DNA of 63,523 nucleotides, counting the filler, from Octopus bimaculoides (lineage: Eukaryota): assembly GCF_001194135.2 (NCBI RefSeq). It is 8 parts of 8 records of this genome, joined end to end, with 100 filler letters (N's around TTAATTAATTAA, not from the genome) between each part and the next. Parts side by side here need not be neighbours in the genome. Positions count along the whole stretch, not along the records: positions 18,128 to 45,231 come from NC_069003.1; positions 45,332 to 52,090 come from NW_026414843.1; 6 more parts are not named here. One strand, 5' to 3'. Every line of letters begins with the position of its first letter. Position 1 is the stretch's first letter. Below are positions 37,968 to 51,300 of the stretch, piece by piece. Made by a program: the position numbers and the translations under genes. A model generated the notes under the pieces. The model made no database searches and had not been told where the DNA came from. It was given only the letters and a program-made list of their open reading frames with translations.

Positions 37968-39440
37968 TGCATCTGATGAGTGTTACAGGTACCTAGGGTG
38001 GATGAAAGTATATCTTACGACGGCACCTGCAACAAAATACGTGTCACTAAAGAATATTACAATCGAATAAAGAACATATGGACCTCGAAACTCTTTGTAT
38101 TCAATAAAACAGTGGCCCACGATGTGTTTGTAGTACCGGTACTGATACCAACATCTGGGCTACTTGATTGGACGCTTGATGAGATCCGGACCATTGATAT
38201 GAAAACCCGGAAGATACTAACCAGCATACATAATTTCCACATCAGCAACGACATAGACCGCCTCTACCTAAAACAAAAATAAGGGGGAAGAGGCGCTTAA
38301 CATCGATCCAGACTGCTTTTGAATGTCGTATCATATCCCTTCGGCAGCATCTGTCGTAGTGCATACCTTGACCAAGTTTGCACACATGAGGCTGATAACA
38401 CCATGAGACTTGTCTGCTAACCTTAAATATATGCATAGAGTCGCACGGCTCTCTACCGCAACATATCATCAAATGAAAGGATGAGCATATATAAGCAGAA
38501 GACCATGCATGGATATGTTAGTAGAAAGTTCCGGGGTGATAGTGACATTGATCATGAAAGCAGTCTATCATGAATCAACAACCGAATTACCAACTCCCAT
38601 TTTGAAGGACATGCGTTTGCAATCCGGAAACAAGAATTATCAACCAAATACATCGTGCACAAAAGAGACAGAGATACAGGAAAAATACCAAAATGTGATA
38701 GACAATGAAAACTTTGTGGAGTTGACACCGAAGATATCACCCACATCATAAGTAGTTGTCCGAAAATGTCATCACGGTATTATCTACCTGACACATGATG
38801 TTGTAGCTAGAACACGGTATAATGTGATCCATCGGAAGGATAAGCCTGAGACCGAAGAAATAAGAACCCACAGTATGGTAGAAGCTATAGCCGCTCATAG
38901 TAAGGAGTACTGATGGAATATCCCGGTGAAAACTTCAGTAAAATGTAAACATAATATACCTGACATAGTGATTTGAGATAGATAATAGAAACTATGTATA
39001 ATAGTGGAAATCAGCTGTCAAGCGGTGGTTAATATAAAGCTCAAGATTCGCGAAAAAGAAAACACCTACGCCGAACTGTAGACAAATCTACAGTTACTCT
39101 ACCCAGATTTCAAGTTCAGGCTAATATCTATAATCATTGGGGAATTGGGATATGTAACACGCTGCCTAAGAACCAGTCTCGAGAAATTAAGCTTCTCAGG
39201 ACCAGAGAAGAGAAAGCTGATTCGAGGTCATCAATGGAACTGTAAAAACGTATAAAACTTTCCAGAAGTCTAGACATGCAACAATATGCATGAGAATACA
39301 TACATAAAATCTGCACATATACACACATACATGCAAAAACACCTTGTTAATGTTGAATTTCCAATGAAGGAGCTTTGGATCTAAGTTAGAAACAGGCTCT
39401 TACTCTAATGGCAAGAAATCTAGAAATAAAACTGAATAAT
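37968..39440 (+). mobile_element. R4/Dong-type (RLE) retrotransposon copy A, 5'-truncated
   Basis: YRYLG/VDESISYDGTCNKIRVTKEYY..DIDRLYLK..GGRG, C-x2-C-x8-H-x4-C knuckle (KLCGVDTEDITHIISSC region), KCKHNIPDIVI, EISC; 3' UTR ends gcaagaaatctagaaataaaactgaataat followed by gcatgcatacata. Confidence 0.92.
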
Positions 39441-39456
39441 GGCATGCATACATATG

Positions 39457-39726
39457 CTTTCAGCTTCGTATCTATCATTATTGGAGCAACAGGATACATG
39501 ATCACCTTCTGGAACAACATATGGCTGAACTTGGGATCTTGGAGAGAAAATGCAAATCGTTAATTCATATACTACAAATGATCACGATATCTGGGACTAT
39601 AAAAATCTGCAAATCCTTCTTAAGACCTGAAGGATGATGCTTGAAACAAGATACTTTCTTTTATAAACATGCTACCAAGTAGATTGCCGGTCAAACTGTG
39701 CTTTAAAAATTAAAAAGAGAAAGAGA
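39457..39726 (+). mobile_element. R4/Dong-type 3' end copy F (divergent subfamily)
   Basis: FSFVSIIIGATGYM..ITISGTIKICKSFL matches the C-terminus of copies A, B and D; its own 3' UTR is followed by (CATA)n 39727-39831. Confidence 0.75.
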
Positions 39727-39801
39727 ACATACATACATACACACATACATACATACATACATACATACATACATGCATGCACACATACATACATACATAC
39801 A

Positions 39802-39831
<30 letters not shown>

Positions 39832-39832
<1 letters not shown>

Positions 39833-40533
39833 TATCTACCGATGAGACATGGTGTTGTAGCTAGGACACTGTATAACGAGATCCGTCGAAAGGATAAATC
39901 CGAGGACAAATAAACAAGAACCCATAGTACGGTGGAAGCCAAAGCCACTCATAATAAAATGGAGTACTGATGGAATGTCCCAGTGAAAATCTCAATAAAA
40001 TGTAAGCACAGCAGACCTGATATAATGATTTGGAACAAAGAGAAACTGTGCACAGTTGCGGATGTTAACGTAAAGCTGAAGATCGGTGAAAAAGATAATA
40101 CTTATATTGAACTATTGAGAAATCTGCAGTTACTCTATCCATATTACAAGTTCAGGTTTATACCTGTAATTATTGGGGCACTGGGATATGTAACAAACTA
40201 TCTAAATACCAATCTTGAGAAATTAGGCTTCTCAAAACCAGAAAGGAAAAAGCTGATTCGAAGTCTACAGATCCAAGCCATTAGTAGAACTGTAAATATA
40301 TGTAAAACTTTGCAGAAGTTTATCATTTAGGTATATATGTGTATGTCTAGATATGCAGCTATATGCATGAGAAGACATACATGAAACAAAACATACAAAT
40401 CTACACGTATATATACATACATGCAAAATTACCCTGTTGGTGTTGTTGAAATTCCATTGAAAGAGCTTTAGATCTGGGTTAGAAACCGACTCTTTCTCTA
40501 TTGGCAAGAAATCTTAAAATAAAACTGAATAAT
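39832..40533 (+). mobile_element. R4/Dong-type copy B, 5'-truncated at the RHD motif
   Basis: YLPMRHGVVARTLYNEIRRKDK..MKISIKCKHSRPDIMIWNKEK..YKFRFIPVIIGALGYV..SRTVNICKTLQKFII; (CATA)n on both sides. Confidence 0.92.
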
Positions 40534-41054
40534 GACATACACACATACATGCATGCATACATACATACATACATACATACATACATACATACATACATAC
40601 ACGTACTTGTTCGTCAGAGCGACAAAGACCATCAGATAATCCTGGGAATGATGACTGATGACTTGCGCAGTAATTTTGTTTAAAGTTGCACAGCGTCAAA
40701 ACTAGTTCAAGATGACTGAGGGTAGAAGTAGATGCAGTGAGTTACCAACATGTCTAACTTTGCCTCATTTCAGTACTCTCCAATGCGCTGCTGCAGCAGC
40801 CCTCCCCTCCGTTGTACCATAAGGTTTTCTTCCGCAGAGCCCTCCGGATCCAATCTTCACATACATACGCTAATAACCCATAGCTGGAACCCTAACAGGT
40901 ACTACTACTCTGGGTCAGATTAAGCCGGAGAATAATAGAGAGTAAGAAGTGCTTCCACACACGTCGAATCCCTAGAACTACCGAGCAAAGACGCCACTGT
41001 CGGATGCAATTAAAAGTCATACCCAAGATATGTATCAGTAGATAAATACACGTG

Positions 41055-41225
41055 TGTTTGTGTGGCTGTATGGTAAGAAGCTCACTTCCCAACCACATGG
41101 TTCCGGGTTCAGTTTCACTGCATGGCACCTTGGACAAGTGTCTTCTATTTTAACCTCAGACCGACCAAAACCTTGTGAGTGGATTTGGTAGGCGGAAACT
41201 GGAAGAAGCCCGACGTATGTCACCA
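41055..41225 (+). mobile_element. SINE family A 5' half
   Basis: ggctgtatggtaagaagctcacttcccaaccacatggttccgggttcag..ggcaccttggacaagtgtc..gaagaagcccgacg. Confidence 0.88.
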
Positions 41226-41235
41226 CATATATGTG

Positions 41236-42750
41236 ACAACAGCAAATCCACCGTCGCCGGCATCATTAACGAAAAAGAACAAGAACAAGGAAAATGAATC
41301 ATGCAAATCCGAAGTTAGGTTTCGCCGACGCGACGCGGCAAATAAGTGAAGAAGTTTTTATAAATGAAAATTAATTTAAAGTGCAAAATGTATGTTAGAG
41401 AAATGTGGGCGAAATGTGACACTGAATGTTTCTAGATCTGTCCAGCAAGAAACTAATTCGCGGGCAAAACAATTTGAACAAAAAAATTTGGACAAAACAA
41501 TTTGGACAAAGCAATTCTATACAAAACAATTCGAACAAGGAGTAGAATAGAGCAGGCAACACGACAGCAGATAGAAAAATGTCCTCGGCCAATTTGGAAG
41601 AGTAGAACTTATATAGCCAGTGGGGAAAATACGGAACTGTCGAAGTGAGGTTCTCCTCAGAGGAAGAGGCGAGAAATCACTCAACACGTACCCTAAAGAA
41701 TGCAGTTATTAATACAGGCGGATGAAGCAAACGTGGAGGTCATCCCAGATTTCAAAACCCTACTAGATAGTACAAAGCTTCAAGTGACTGTTGAGAGCAG
41801 AAAGCCGAGATGTCACCTGTGCGGGGACACAAATCACTTCAAAGCCATTTGCCCACAGCGAAGGAAACCAACACTACTGCCGACACCATCGCCACCATTA
41901 CCACCGCCACAACAATAACAACGACAACAACAGGAACAGCAGCAACAGCACCAACAGAGACAGGTGGCCACAACATCACCAAAAACGGAACTGAAACTAA
42001 CAGCTGCGAAAACAACAGCAACAACAATTACTGTAACATTCGCAGCAGCACCTCCACTAACAACAACAGCAACTAAGCGATCTACTTTAAAACGTCCCCA
42101 AGGCATAACCTTCCGCTTTTCAGACATTTCCTGTGACGAGCCTATCTGACAAATGGTTGCCAAGAAAAGAAAGGGAAACAAAAACTTACCAACACAAAAA
42201 ACTGGCAGTACAAACAAATGGGGGAAATGCCTTTGAACAACAATGCTCAAACACTCCCACCCCCAACCACAGCTACACTAACATTGTCAACATCGTCTCC
42301 ATCACTACCACAACCACCACCAATTTTACTGACACCACCACTACAAGCAGAACAGTTTCATCACAATTCCCAACACAATTTAAACAGAGGACTTTCGGGC
42401 CTGGACCCATGAATAACTTCCAGAAATCCTTACCCTGACGAAGCTACCAAGGGGCATTGCCGTTCGGGATAACTCTATTGGCTTGGAAGTGCCGTCAGTC
42501 AGGCTTGCCGAGATGGGCGCAGGACGACCAAACTGTTCTGCACGCACTCGTCCAATGCCTGAGTATTAGTGACCTATGAGTTTATGTCGAACACCTGTAA
42601 TGTGTAGGACAGATCGGGCTATCAGCTGAGTCCCACCACCTTCTTTTGGCAGGATGGGGCAGGCATTATTTCTTTGTCTGGTTCTCATAGTGAAAGAGGT
42701 TGTGTGGTGGACCAGGCTGAAAGGGCTGAAGACAGATACTTTTCTCTTTA
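41236..42750 (+). mobile_element. L1/Tx1-like LINE derivative: ORF1 remnant plus ORF2 C-terminal remnant
   Basis: WGKYGTVEVRFSSEEEAR (RRM-like), VTVESRKPRCHLCGDTNHFKAICP (CCHC knuckle) and a low-complexity tail. From about 42380: TFGPGPMNNFQKSL..GALP..C..DDQTVLHALVQC..LFLCLVLIVKEVVWWTRLKG (zf-RVT-like ORF2 end). No EN or RT domain between them. Confidence 0.65.
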
Positions 42751-42754
42751 TTAC

Positions 42755-43315
42755 ACCTCAAGGGCAGGTAGTATTACATAGACATTTTGGATTAACTGCT
42801 GATGGTGTGGATGACATCTTCCACATTGGTATTGCAGAACCGACAATTTTTATCACAATATGGAGGTTTGGTGGTATCTTTGTCCCTCTTCTTCATCAGG
42901 TACTTAATAGCTATCTCCTGTTCTTGGGATAGCGAAGGTATATCTTTTACGTGGGATGTATTGTACCTATCACAGGCCCAGGAGAGGCTATTCTTCCTGC
43001 CAAATGCTGTTGTTGTCCTCAAGTTCGTGGGATATATATCCATACATTACTTTTTGTTAGTATGACACAGTAGTTCTTATCCAATGCTGAAGATATTGTT
43101 GCTCTGTAATGTACTTATTTCTTTCTTTATTGTTCAGCAGATGTCTCAGTGATACAATGCAACATTCAGAAGCTGTTTAGATTCATCTTATAACTTTACA
43201 GCCATCACTTCGTGTCACATAAATCCTATCAGTGTCGTTGTTAATGTGAAAGCTGCCAGTGGTGGTTAGTACCTTACTGAATAAGTGGTCTTAGCAAGTT
43301 ACTGGTTGACTTCCA
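42755..43315 (-). mobile_element. R4/Dong-type internal fragment copy E
   Basis: SQEQEIAIKYLMKKRDKDTTKPPYCDKNCRFCNTNVEDVIHTISS..YYLPLR, homologous to copy A 38590-38790. Confidence 0.85.
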
Positions 43316-43348
43316 CTATGTATGTAGATATGTATGCATGTGTATGTC

Positions 43349-43460
43349 ATTATTCAGTTTATTTCAAGATTTCTTGCCAATAGGGAAAGAACTGGTTTCT
43401 AACCTAGATCCAAGGCTCCTTCATTGGAATTTCAACATCAACGATAGGGTATTTTTGATT
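43349..43460 (-). mobile_element. R4/Dong-type 3' UTR-only copy C
   Basis: Reverse complement gttgaaattccaatgaaggagccttggatctaggttagaaacc..ggcaagaaatcttgaaataaactgaataat matches the A and B 3' UTRs; (TATG)n on both sides. Confidence 0.88.
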
Positions 43461-44350
43461 GTATGTATGTATGTATGTATGTATGTATGTATCAGATCGT
43501 TCTTAATGATACTAGTTACACGGAACCCAGTACAACCCTTTGCATAGCCGGGCCCTCGACGACTAAACCGGTAATATTATCTAGTCTACTTGGCAAGGAA
43601 GGCAGTTTTTGTTGGACGACCGGCCTGCAGGTTTAAATACAAAACCTGTTAAAGAACGGATGACTCAGTAAAGTCAGCGGTTAGCTGGGTGTGAGAGACA
43701 CCTGGTCTTTGTTTAGACATCTCTCAAGGAGAAGGAAATTCTGAAATCCGTCCCATTGCAAAGTTGGAAATCTTATTCTTACTTGTTTCTGGATTACCTT
43801 TATAGCTGAAAGTCTTAGTGTTGTGCAAGCTGTTATTGACTTTAGGTTTCAACATGGACATTGATGCCAGCCATGGTCTTTAACATCTAGGGTAAGATAA
43901 TTTGTTAGTGATTGCTATACTTGTCTACAAGTTGACTGCTACCATGTGTGTTACATTGGCCACACAAGTACAACACACTCTTGTAGGATCACAATGCATT
44001 TACAACAACAAGCGACGGCAAAACACTACACCTCACACCATAAAACAAGGCTAAATTGAAAAATATGAACAATATTAACAGAAAATGCATATATATTTTC
44101 TAGAAGGTTCTACAGAAACAGACGGTTTACAAGGCTAGCGATACTAATTTGGCAACAGAAAGTTACAATTAACAAACAAACATACATACGTTTCAAATAG
44201 TAATCCGTTGATGGAAAAGAGAGAAACATTAAAAAAGAGTGAAACATTAAAAATTACAACAGTCATCTTTTCAGTCCAACTTGTCTAAAAGAAACACTGT
44301 TCTCCATATATACAAGTATATAAACACACAAGCAATATGTACACACACAG

Positions 44351-44389
<39 letters not shown>

Positions 44390-44391
44390 TT

Positions 44392-45212
44392 AATGACAAC
44401 CTCGAGAACCCAGTTTCCACAAAAAACTGTTCGCTGGGAACTGCACAAAGCCGAATTTCACTAGAGGGCTGCAATCAGAAAACCACTACTTTCAGAAAAA
44501 AAACATTGCAAAGCGTTTAGTGTGGAGTAAGAACCTACAGAATTGGTCCTTAGAGCAGTGGAAGAACGTTATTTTCTCGGACGAGTCAGCTTTTACCTTA
44601 TTCCCGACAACCGGACGAGTATACGTGTGGAGACAGCCAAAAGAAGCATTTGACCCAAACTGCCTTCTTCCAACCGTTAAACATAGAGGAGGATCAGTGA
44701 TGATTGGTGGGGGCTATATCTTGGAAATCCGCCTGCCCAATGATTTCCCTTCGTGGCAGAATTAATAGTCAAGACTATTTAAGCATTTCATCTGATCAAA
44801 TTCATCCTATGTTTGCGGAACTATTTCCGGAGGGAAATGCAATCTTTCAGGGTGATAATGCACCAATTTACACAGCTAAAGTTGCTACTGAATGGCACGA
44901 GGAACATTGTTGTGAAGTTGAACATCTTATCTGGCCTCCACAGTCCCCAGATCTCAATATTATTGAACGTTTATGGTGCATTTTAGAAAAATAAGTAAGG
45001 AGTCGATATCCTCCACCATCATCACTACAAGAACTGGAGAGTTTTAGTTGAAGAATGGACAAAAATTCGTTTGGAAACAATTCAAACTTTGTACGAGTCC
45101 ATACCTCGTGGAATTCAAGCTGTAATTAATGCCAAAGGCAGTCCTACCCCATATTAATATAATTTTGCTTGAAATTTTAAGGTGTTTCCATTATTTTGTC
45201 CAACCCTCATAT
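44392..45212 (+). mobile_element. Tc1-like transposon (DD36E spacing), 5' part lost, right TIR intact
   Basis: WKNVIFSDES, PTVKHRGGSVM, FQGDNAP, WPPQSPDLNIIERLW; right end ggtgtttccattattttgtccaaccctcata is the reverse complement of a TA..GGGTTGGACAAAATAATGGAAACACC TIR. Frameshift near 44710 and a stop at 44992. Confidence 0.92.
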
Positions 45213-45231
45213 ATATATATATATATATATA

Positions 45232-45331
45232 NNNNNNNNNNNNNNNNNNNNNNNNNNNNNNNNNNNNNNNNNNNNTTAATTAATTAANNNNNNNNNNNNN
45301 NNNNNNNNNNNNNNNNNNNNNNNNNNNNNNN
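45232..45331. other. Artificial contig-join spacer
   Basis: 44 N + TTAATTAATTAA (45276-45287) + 44 N. Confidence 0.95.
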
Positions 45332-48300
45332 ACGTACGTAACTACGTATGCATGTATGTACGTACCTATATACGTATGTATGTACGTACGTACGTAACTA
45401 CGTATGTATGTATTACGTAAGTACGCACGTAACTAGGTGTATATGTATGTATGGACGTATGTACGTAACTACGCACATATGTATGTGCGTACGTACGTTC
45501 GTAACTAAGTATGTATGTATGTACGTACATACGTAACTACGTATCTATGTACGTTCGTACGTACGTAATTACGTAGGTAGGTATACACGTACCTAACTAC
45601 GTATGTAGGTATGTACGTACGTACGTAACTGCATATGTATGTAAGTACGTACGTACGTGACTACCTATGTATGTATGTACATACGTACGTACGTAACTAC
45701 GTATGTCCGTACGTAACTACGTATGTATATATTACGTACGTACGTANNNNNNNNNNTACGTATGTCCGTACGTAACTACGTATGTATATATTACGTACGT
45801 ACGTAAATACGTATGTATATATATGTACGTCCGTAAATATGTATGTATGTACGTACGTACGTAACTACTTATGCATGTATGTACGTACGTACGTACATAN
45901 NNNNNNNNNACGTACGTACGTAACTACTTATGCATGTATGTACGTACGTACGTACATAACTTCGTATGCATATATGCAAGTACGTATATATGTAACTACG
46001 CATTCATGTATTACGAACGTTCGAACGTAACTACGTATGCATGTATGTACTTACGTACGTAAATACGTACGCATGTATGTACGTACGAAAATACTATGTA
46101 TGCATGCACGTACGTACGTACGTAACTACGTTTGTATCTATGTACTACGTACGTAACTACGTATGTATGTAAGTACGTACGTACTACGTAACTAGGTATA
46201 TATGTATGTACGGAAATACGTACGTAACTTCGTATATATTTATGTATGTACATACATCCGTAACTACGTATTTATGTATGTACGTAATTACGTATGAAGG
46301 TATATACGTACGTACGTATCTACGTATGTAGGTACGTACGTATTTACGTACGTAACTACATATGTAAGTATGTACGTACGTACGTACTTAAATACCTATG
46401 TATGTATGAACATACATATGTACGTACGTAACTACGTATGTATGTACGTACGTACGTAACTACGTANNNNNNNNNNTAACTACGTATGTATGTACGTACG
46501 TACGTAACTACGTATGTATGTACGTAAGTACGTACGTAACTACGTATGCATTATGTACGTACGTATACACGTATTCATGCTTGCAGTTACATACGTACGT
46601 AAATACGTATGCATGTATGTACGTACATACGTAACTACGTATGANNNNNNNNNNTACGTAAATACGTATGCATGTATGTACGTACATACGTAACTACGTA
46701 TGAATTTATGTACGTACGTACTTATGCATGTATGTACGTACGTAATTACGTAACTATTCTCGCATGTACGTACGTACATAACTACATATTCATGTATGTA
46801 CGTACGTACATAACTACGTTTGCATGTATGTACATACGTACATAACTACGTATTCANNNNNNNNNNNNNNNNNNNNNNNNNNNNNNNNNNNNNNNNNNNN
46901 NNNNNNNNNNNNNNNNNNNNNNNNNNNNNNNNNNNNNNNNNNNNTGCATGTATGTGCGTAGGTACATACGTAACTACGTATGTTTATATGTACGTATGTA
47001 CGAAACTACGTATGCATGTATGTACGTACGTACGTACTTAACTACGTATGTATGTATGTACGTACTTACGTACGTAAATACGTATGTATGTATGTACGTA
47101 CGTACGTAACTATATATGTATGTATGTACGTACGTACGTATCAACGTATGCATGTATGTACGTACGTACNNNNNNNNNNTGTATGTACGTACGTACGTAT
47201 CAACGTATGCATGTATGTACGTACGTACGTACATAACTACGTATGCATGTATGTACGTATGTAACTACGTATGCGTGTTTGTACGTACGTAAATACGTAT
47301 GTATGCAAGTACGTACGTACGTAATTTCATATGTATATAGGTACGTACGTACGTAACTACGTATGTATGCACGTACGTACATACGTAACAAGGTATATAT
47401 GTACACACGGGTGAACGTACNNNNNNNNNNCGTACGTACATACGTAACAAGGTATATATGTACACACGGGTGAACGTACGTAACTAAGTATATATGTATG
47501 CACGTACGGACGTACGTAACTACGTATGTATGTACGTACGTACGTAACTAGGTATTATGTATGCACGTACGTACGTACGTAACTACGTATGCATGTATGT
47601 ACTTACGTAGGTAACTACGTATGCATGTATGTACGTACGTACATAACTACGTATCTATGTATGCAATGGACGTAATAACGTATGCATGTACGCACGTACG
47701 TACGTAATTACGTATGCATTTATGTACGTACATACATAACTACGTATGCATGTATGTACGTACGTAACTATGTATGCAGGTATGTACGTACATACGTAAN
47801 NNNNNNNNNTGTATGTACGTACGTAACTATGTATGCAGGTATGTACGTACATACGTAACTACCTATTTGTGTATGTACGTAACTACGTATACATGTATGT
47901 ACGTACGTAAGTACGTAAATACGTATGCATGTATATACGAACGTACGTACGTAACTACGTATGCATGTATGTACGTACGTAAAAACCTATGNNNNNNNNN
48001 NGTACGTACGTAACTACGTATGCATGTATGTACGTACGTAAAAACCTATGTATGTATGCACGTACGTACGTAACTACTTATTTATGTATGTACGTACCTA
48101 CGTACATAAATATGTATGCATGTATNNNNNNNNNNCTTATTTATGTATGTACGTACCTACGTACATAAATATGTATGCATGTATGTACTACGTAAGTACG
48201 TATGTATGTTTGTAGTTACGTACGTAACTACATATGCATGTATGTACGTACGTACGTAACTACGTATGCATGTATGTACGTACGTACGTACGCATCTACG

Positions 48301-51300
48301 TATGTATGTATGTACGTACGTAACTAGGAATATATGTATGTATGGACGTATGGACGTAACTACGTATACATGTATATACGTACGTACGTAATTACGTATG
48401 TATATATGTACGTACATACGTAATTAAGTATGAAGCTATGCACGTACGTACGTAACTACGTATGCATGCATGTATACACGTACGTACGTAACTACGTGTG
48501 TATGTATGTATGTACGTACATGCGTATATGTACGTACGAAAATACATATGTATGTGCGTACGTACGTACGTAAATATATATGCATGTATATACGTACGTA
48601 TATGCGTGTTCATGCATGAAGGTACGTACGTATATACGTATGCATGTATATACGTACGTACGTAACTAGGTATATATGTATGTATGGCCGTTTGTACGTA
48701 CCTACTTACATATGTATGTACGAACGTACGTACGTAACTAGGTATGTATGTATGTACATACATACGTAACTATGTATGTATGTACGTACGTATGTAATTA
48801 CGTTTGTAGGTATATACGTACGTATGTAACTACGCATGTAGGTATGTACGTACGTATGTAATTACCTATGTATGTATGTACATACGTACGTACGTAACTA
48901 CGTATGTATGTACGTAGGTAAGTACGTAGGTATGTACGTACGTACCTACGTACGTAACTACGTATGTATGTACGTAAATATGTATGTATGTATGTACGTA
49001 CGTACCTAGGTACTTGTGCATGTATGTACGTAAGTATATACGTATTAATGCATGAAGGTACGTACGTTCGTAAAACGGTATACATGTATATACGTATGTA
49101 CGTAACTCTTTACATGTATGTACGTACGTACATACATAACTACGTACGCTTATATGTACGTAATTACGTACGTAACTACGTAACTACATATGCATGTATG
49201 TACGTACATAAATACGTATGCATGTGTGTACGTACGTACGTAACTACGTATGCATGTATGTACGTACGTACGTAAATACGTATGTATGTATGTATGTACG
49301 TATGTATGCATGCACGTACGTACGTACGTACGTAAGTAGGTATATATGTATNNNNNNNNNNTGTATGCATGCACGTACGTACGTACGTACGTAAGTAGGT
49401 ATATATGTATGTACGGACGTACTACGTAACTACGTATATATGCACATACGTATGTACGTAACTACGTATATATAAATGTATGTACGTACATACGTAATTA
49501 CATATGTATATATACACGTACGTACATACGTAACTACGTATGAATGTATGTACGTACGTAAATACGTAACTACGTATGCATGTATGTTCGTACGTCCGTA
49601 CGTAACTACGTTTTCAAGTATGTACGTACGTACCTACATAACTACATATGCATGTATGTACTTACGTAAGTACGTATCCACGTATGCATTTATATACGTA
49701 CGTAAGTACGTAACTACGTATGCATGAATGCACGTACGTACGTACATAACTACTCATGCATGTATGTACGTACTTAAATACATATTCATGTATGTACGTA
49801 CCGAAGTACGTAACTACGTATGCATATATGTGAGATTGGTACGTAATTACGTATGCATGTATGTACGTACGTACATAACTACTTATGCATGTATGTGCGT
49901 ATGTACGTACGTAACTACGTATACACGTATGTACGTACGTACGTAACTACGTATTCATGTACGTACCTACGTGACTACGTATACTTGTATGTACGTAAGT
50001 ATGCATGCACGTACGTAAGTACGTATGTATATATCTACGTACGTACGTAACTACGTATGCATGTATGTACGTACCGTACGTAAATTCGTATGTATGTACG
50101 TACGTAGGTAAATACCTATGTATGTATCTACGTACGTACGTACGTAACTATATATATATGTATGTACGCACGTATGTTCGTATCAACATATGTACGTTCG
50201 TAACTACGTATGTATGTATGTATGTACGTACGTACGTAACTAAGTATGTATGTACCTAAGTACGTAGCTACGTATATATGTATGCACGTACGTACGTACG
50301 TATGCATGTATTTACGTACGTACGTACGTAACTACTTAATCATGCATGTACGTACGTAACTACGNNNNNNNNNNGTACGTACGTACGTAACTACTTAATC
50401 ATGCATGTACGTACGTAACTACGTGTGCATGTATGTACGTCCGTACATACGTAAATACGTATGTATGCATGTACGTACGTAACAATGTATGTATGTACGT
50501 ACGTAACTACTTATGTTTGTATGTACTGACGTACGTACGTAACTACGTATGTCTGTATGTACGTACGTACGTAATTACTTATGTATGTACGTACGTACGT
50601 ATGTATGTACGTTCCTACGTACGTAACTACATATTTATGTATGTACATACGTACGAACGTAACTACGTGTATATGAATGTACGTACGTACGTAACTACGT
50701 ATGTATGTACGTACATACGTATCTATGTTAGCGTATATGTACGTATGTACGTAGATAACTACGTATGCATGTATATAAGTACTTACGTACGTAACTACGT
50801 GTTCATGTATGTAAGTACGTAACTACGTATGCATGTATGTCCGTACGTATGTAACTACGTATGCATATATATATATGTACGTACAGACGTAACTACGTAT
50901 TCTTGTATGTACGTACTTACGGTCGTAACTACGTATGCATGTATGTACGTAAGTAAGAACGTAACTACGTATGCATATACGAAGATATGTACGTACATAC
51001 ATGCATACGGAGTTACGCACGTACGTTCATATATGCATACGTAGTTACGTACGTACATACGTACTTACAAGTGTACGTAGTTACGTAGGAATTTACGTAC
51101 ATATGTACGTAAATACGTATGCATGTATGTACGTACGTAACTACGTATGCATGTATGTACTACGTACGTACATACNNNNNNNNNNNNNNNNNNNNNNNNN
51201 NNNNNNNNNNNNNNNNNNNNNNNNNNNNNNNNNNNNGTACTACGTACGTACATACGTAACGACGTATTCATATATGTACGTACGTACGTAACTACGTATG

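Noticed and set aside
42435-42490. CTGACGA motif as a hammerhead
   Set aside because: No GAAA box or helix II; it lies within the L1/Tx1-like ORF2 remnant.
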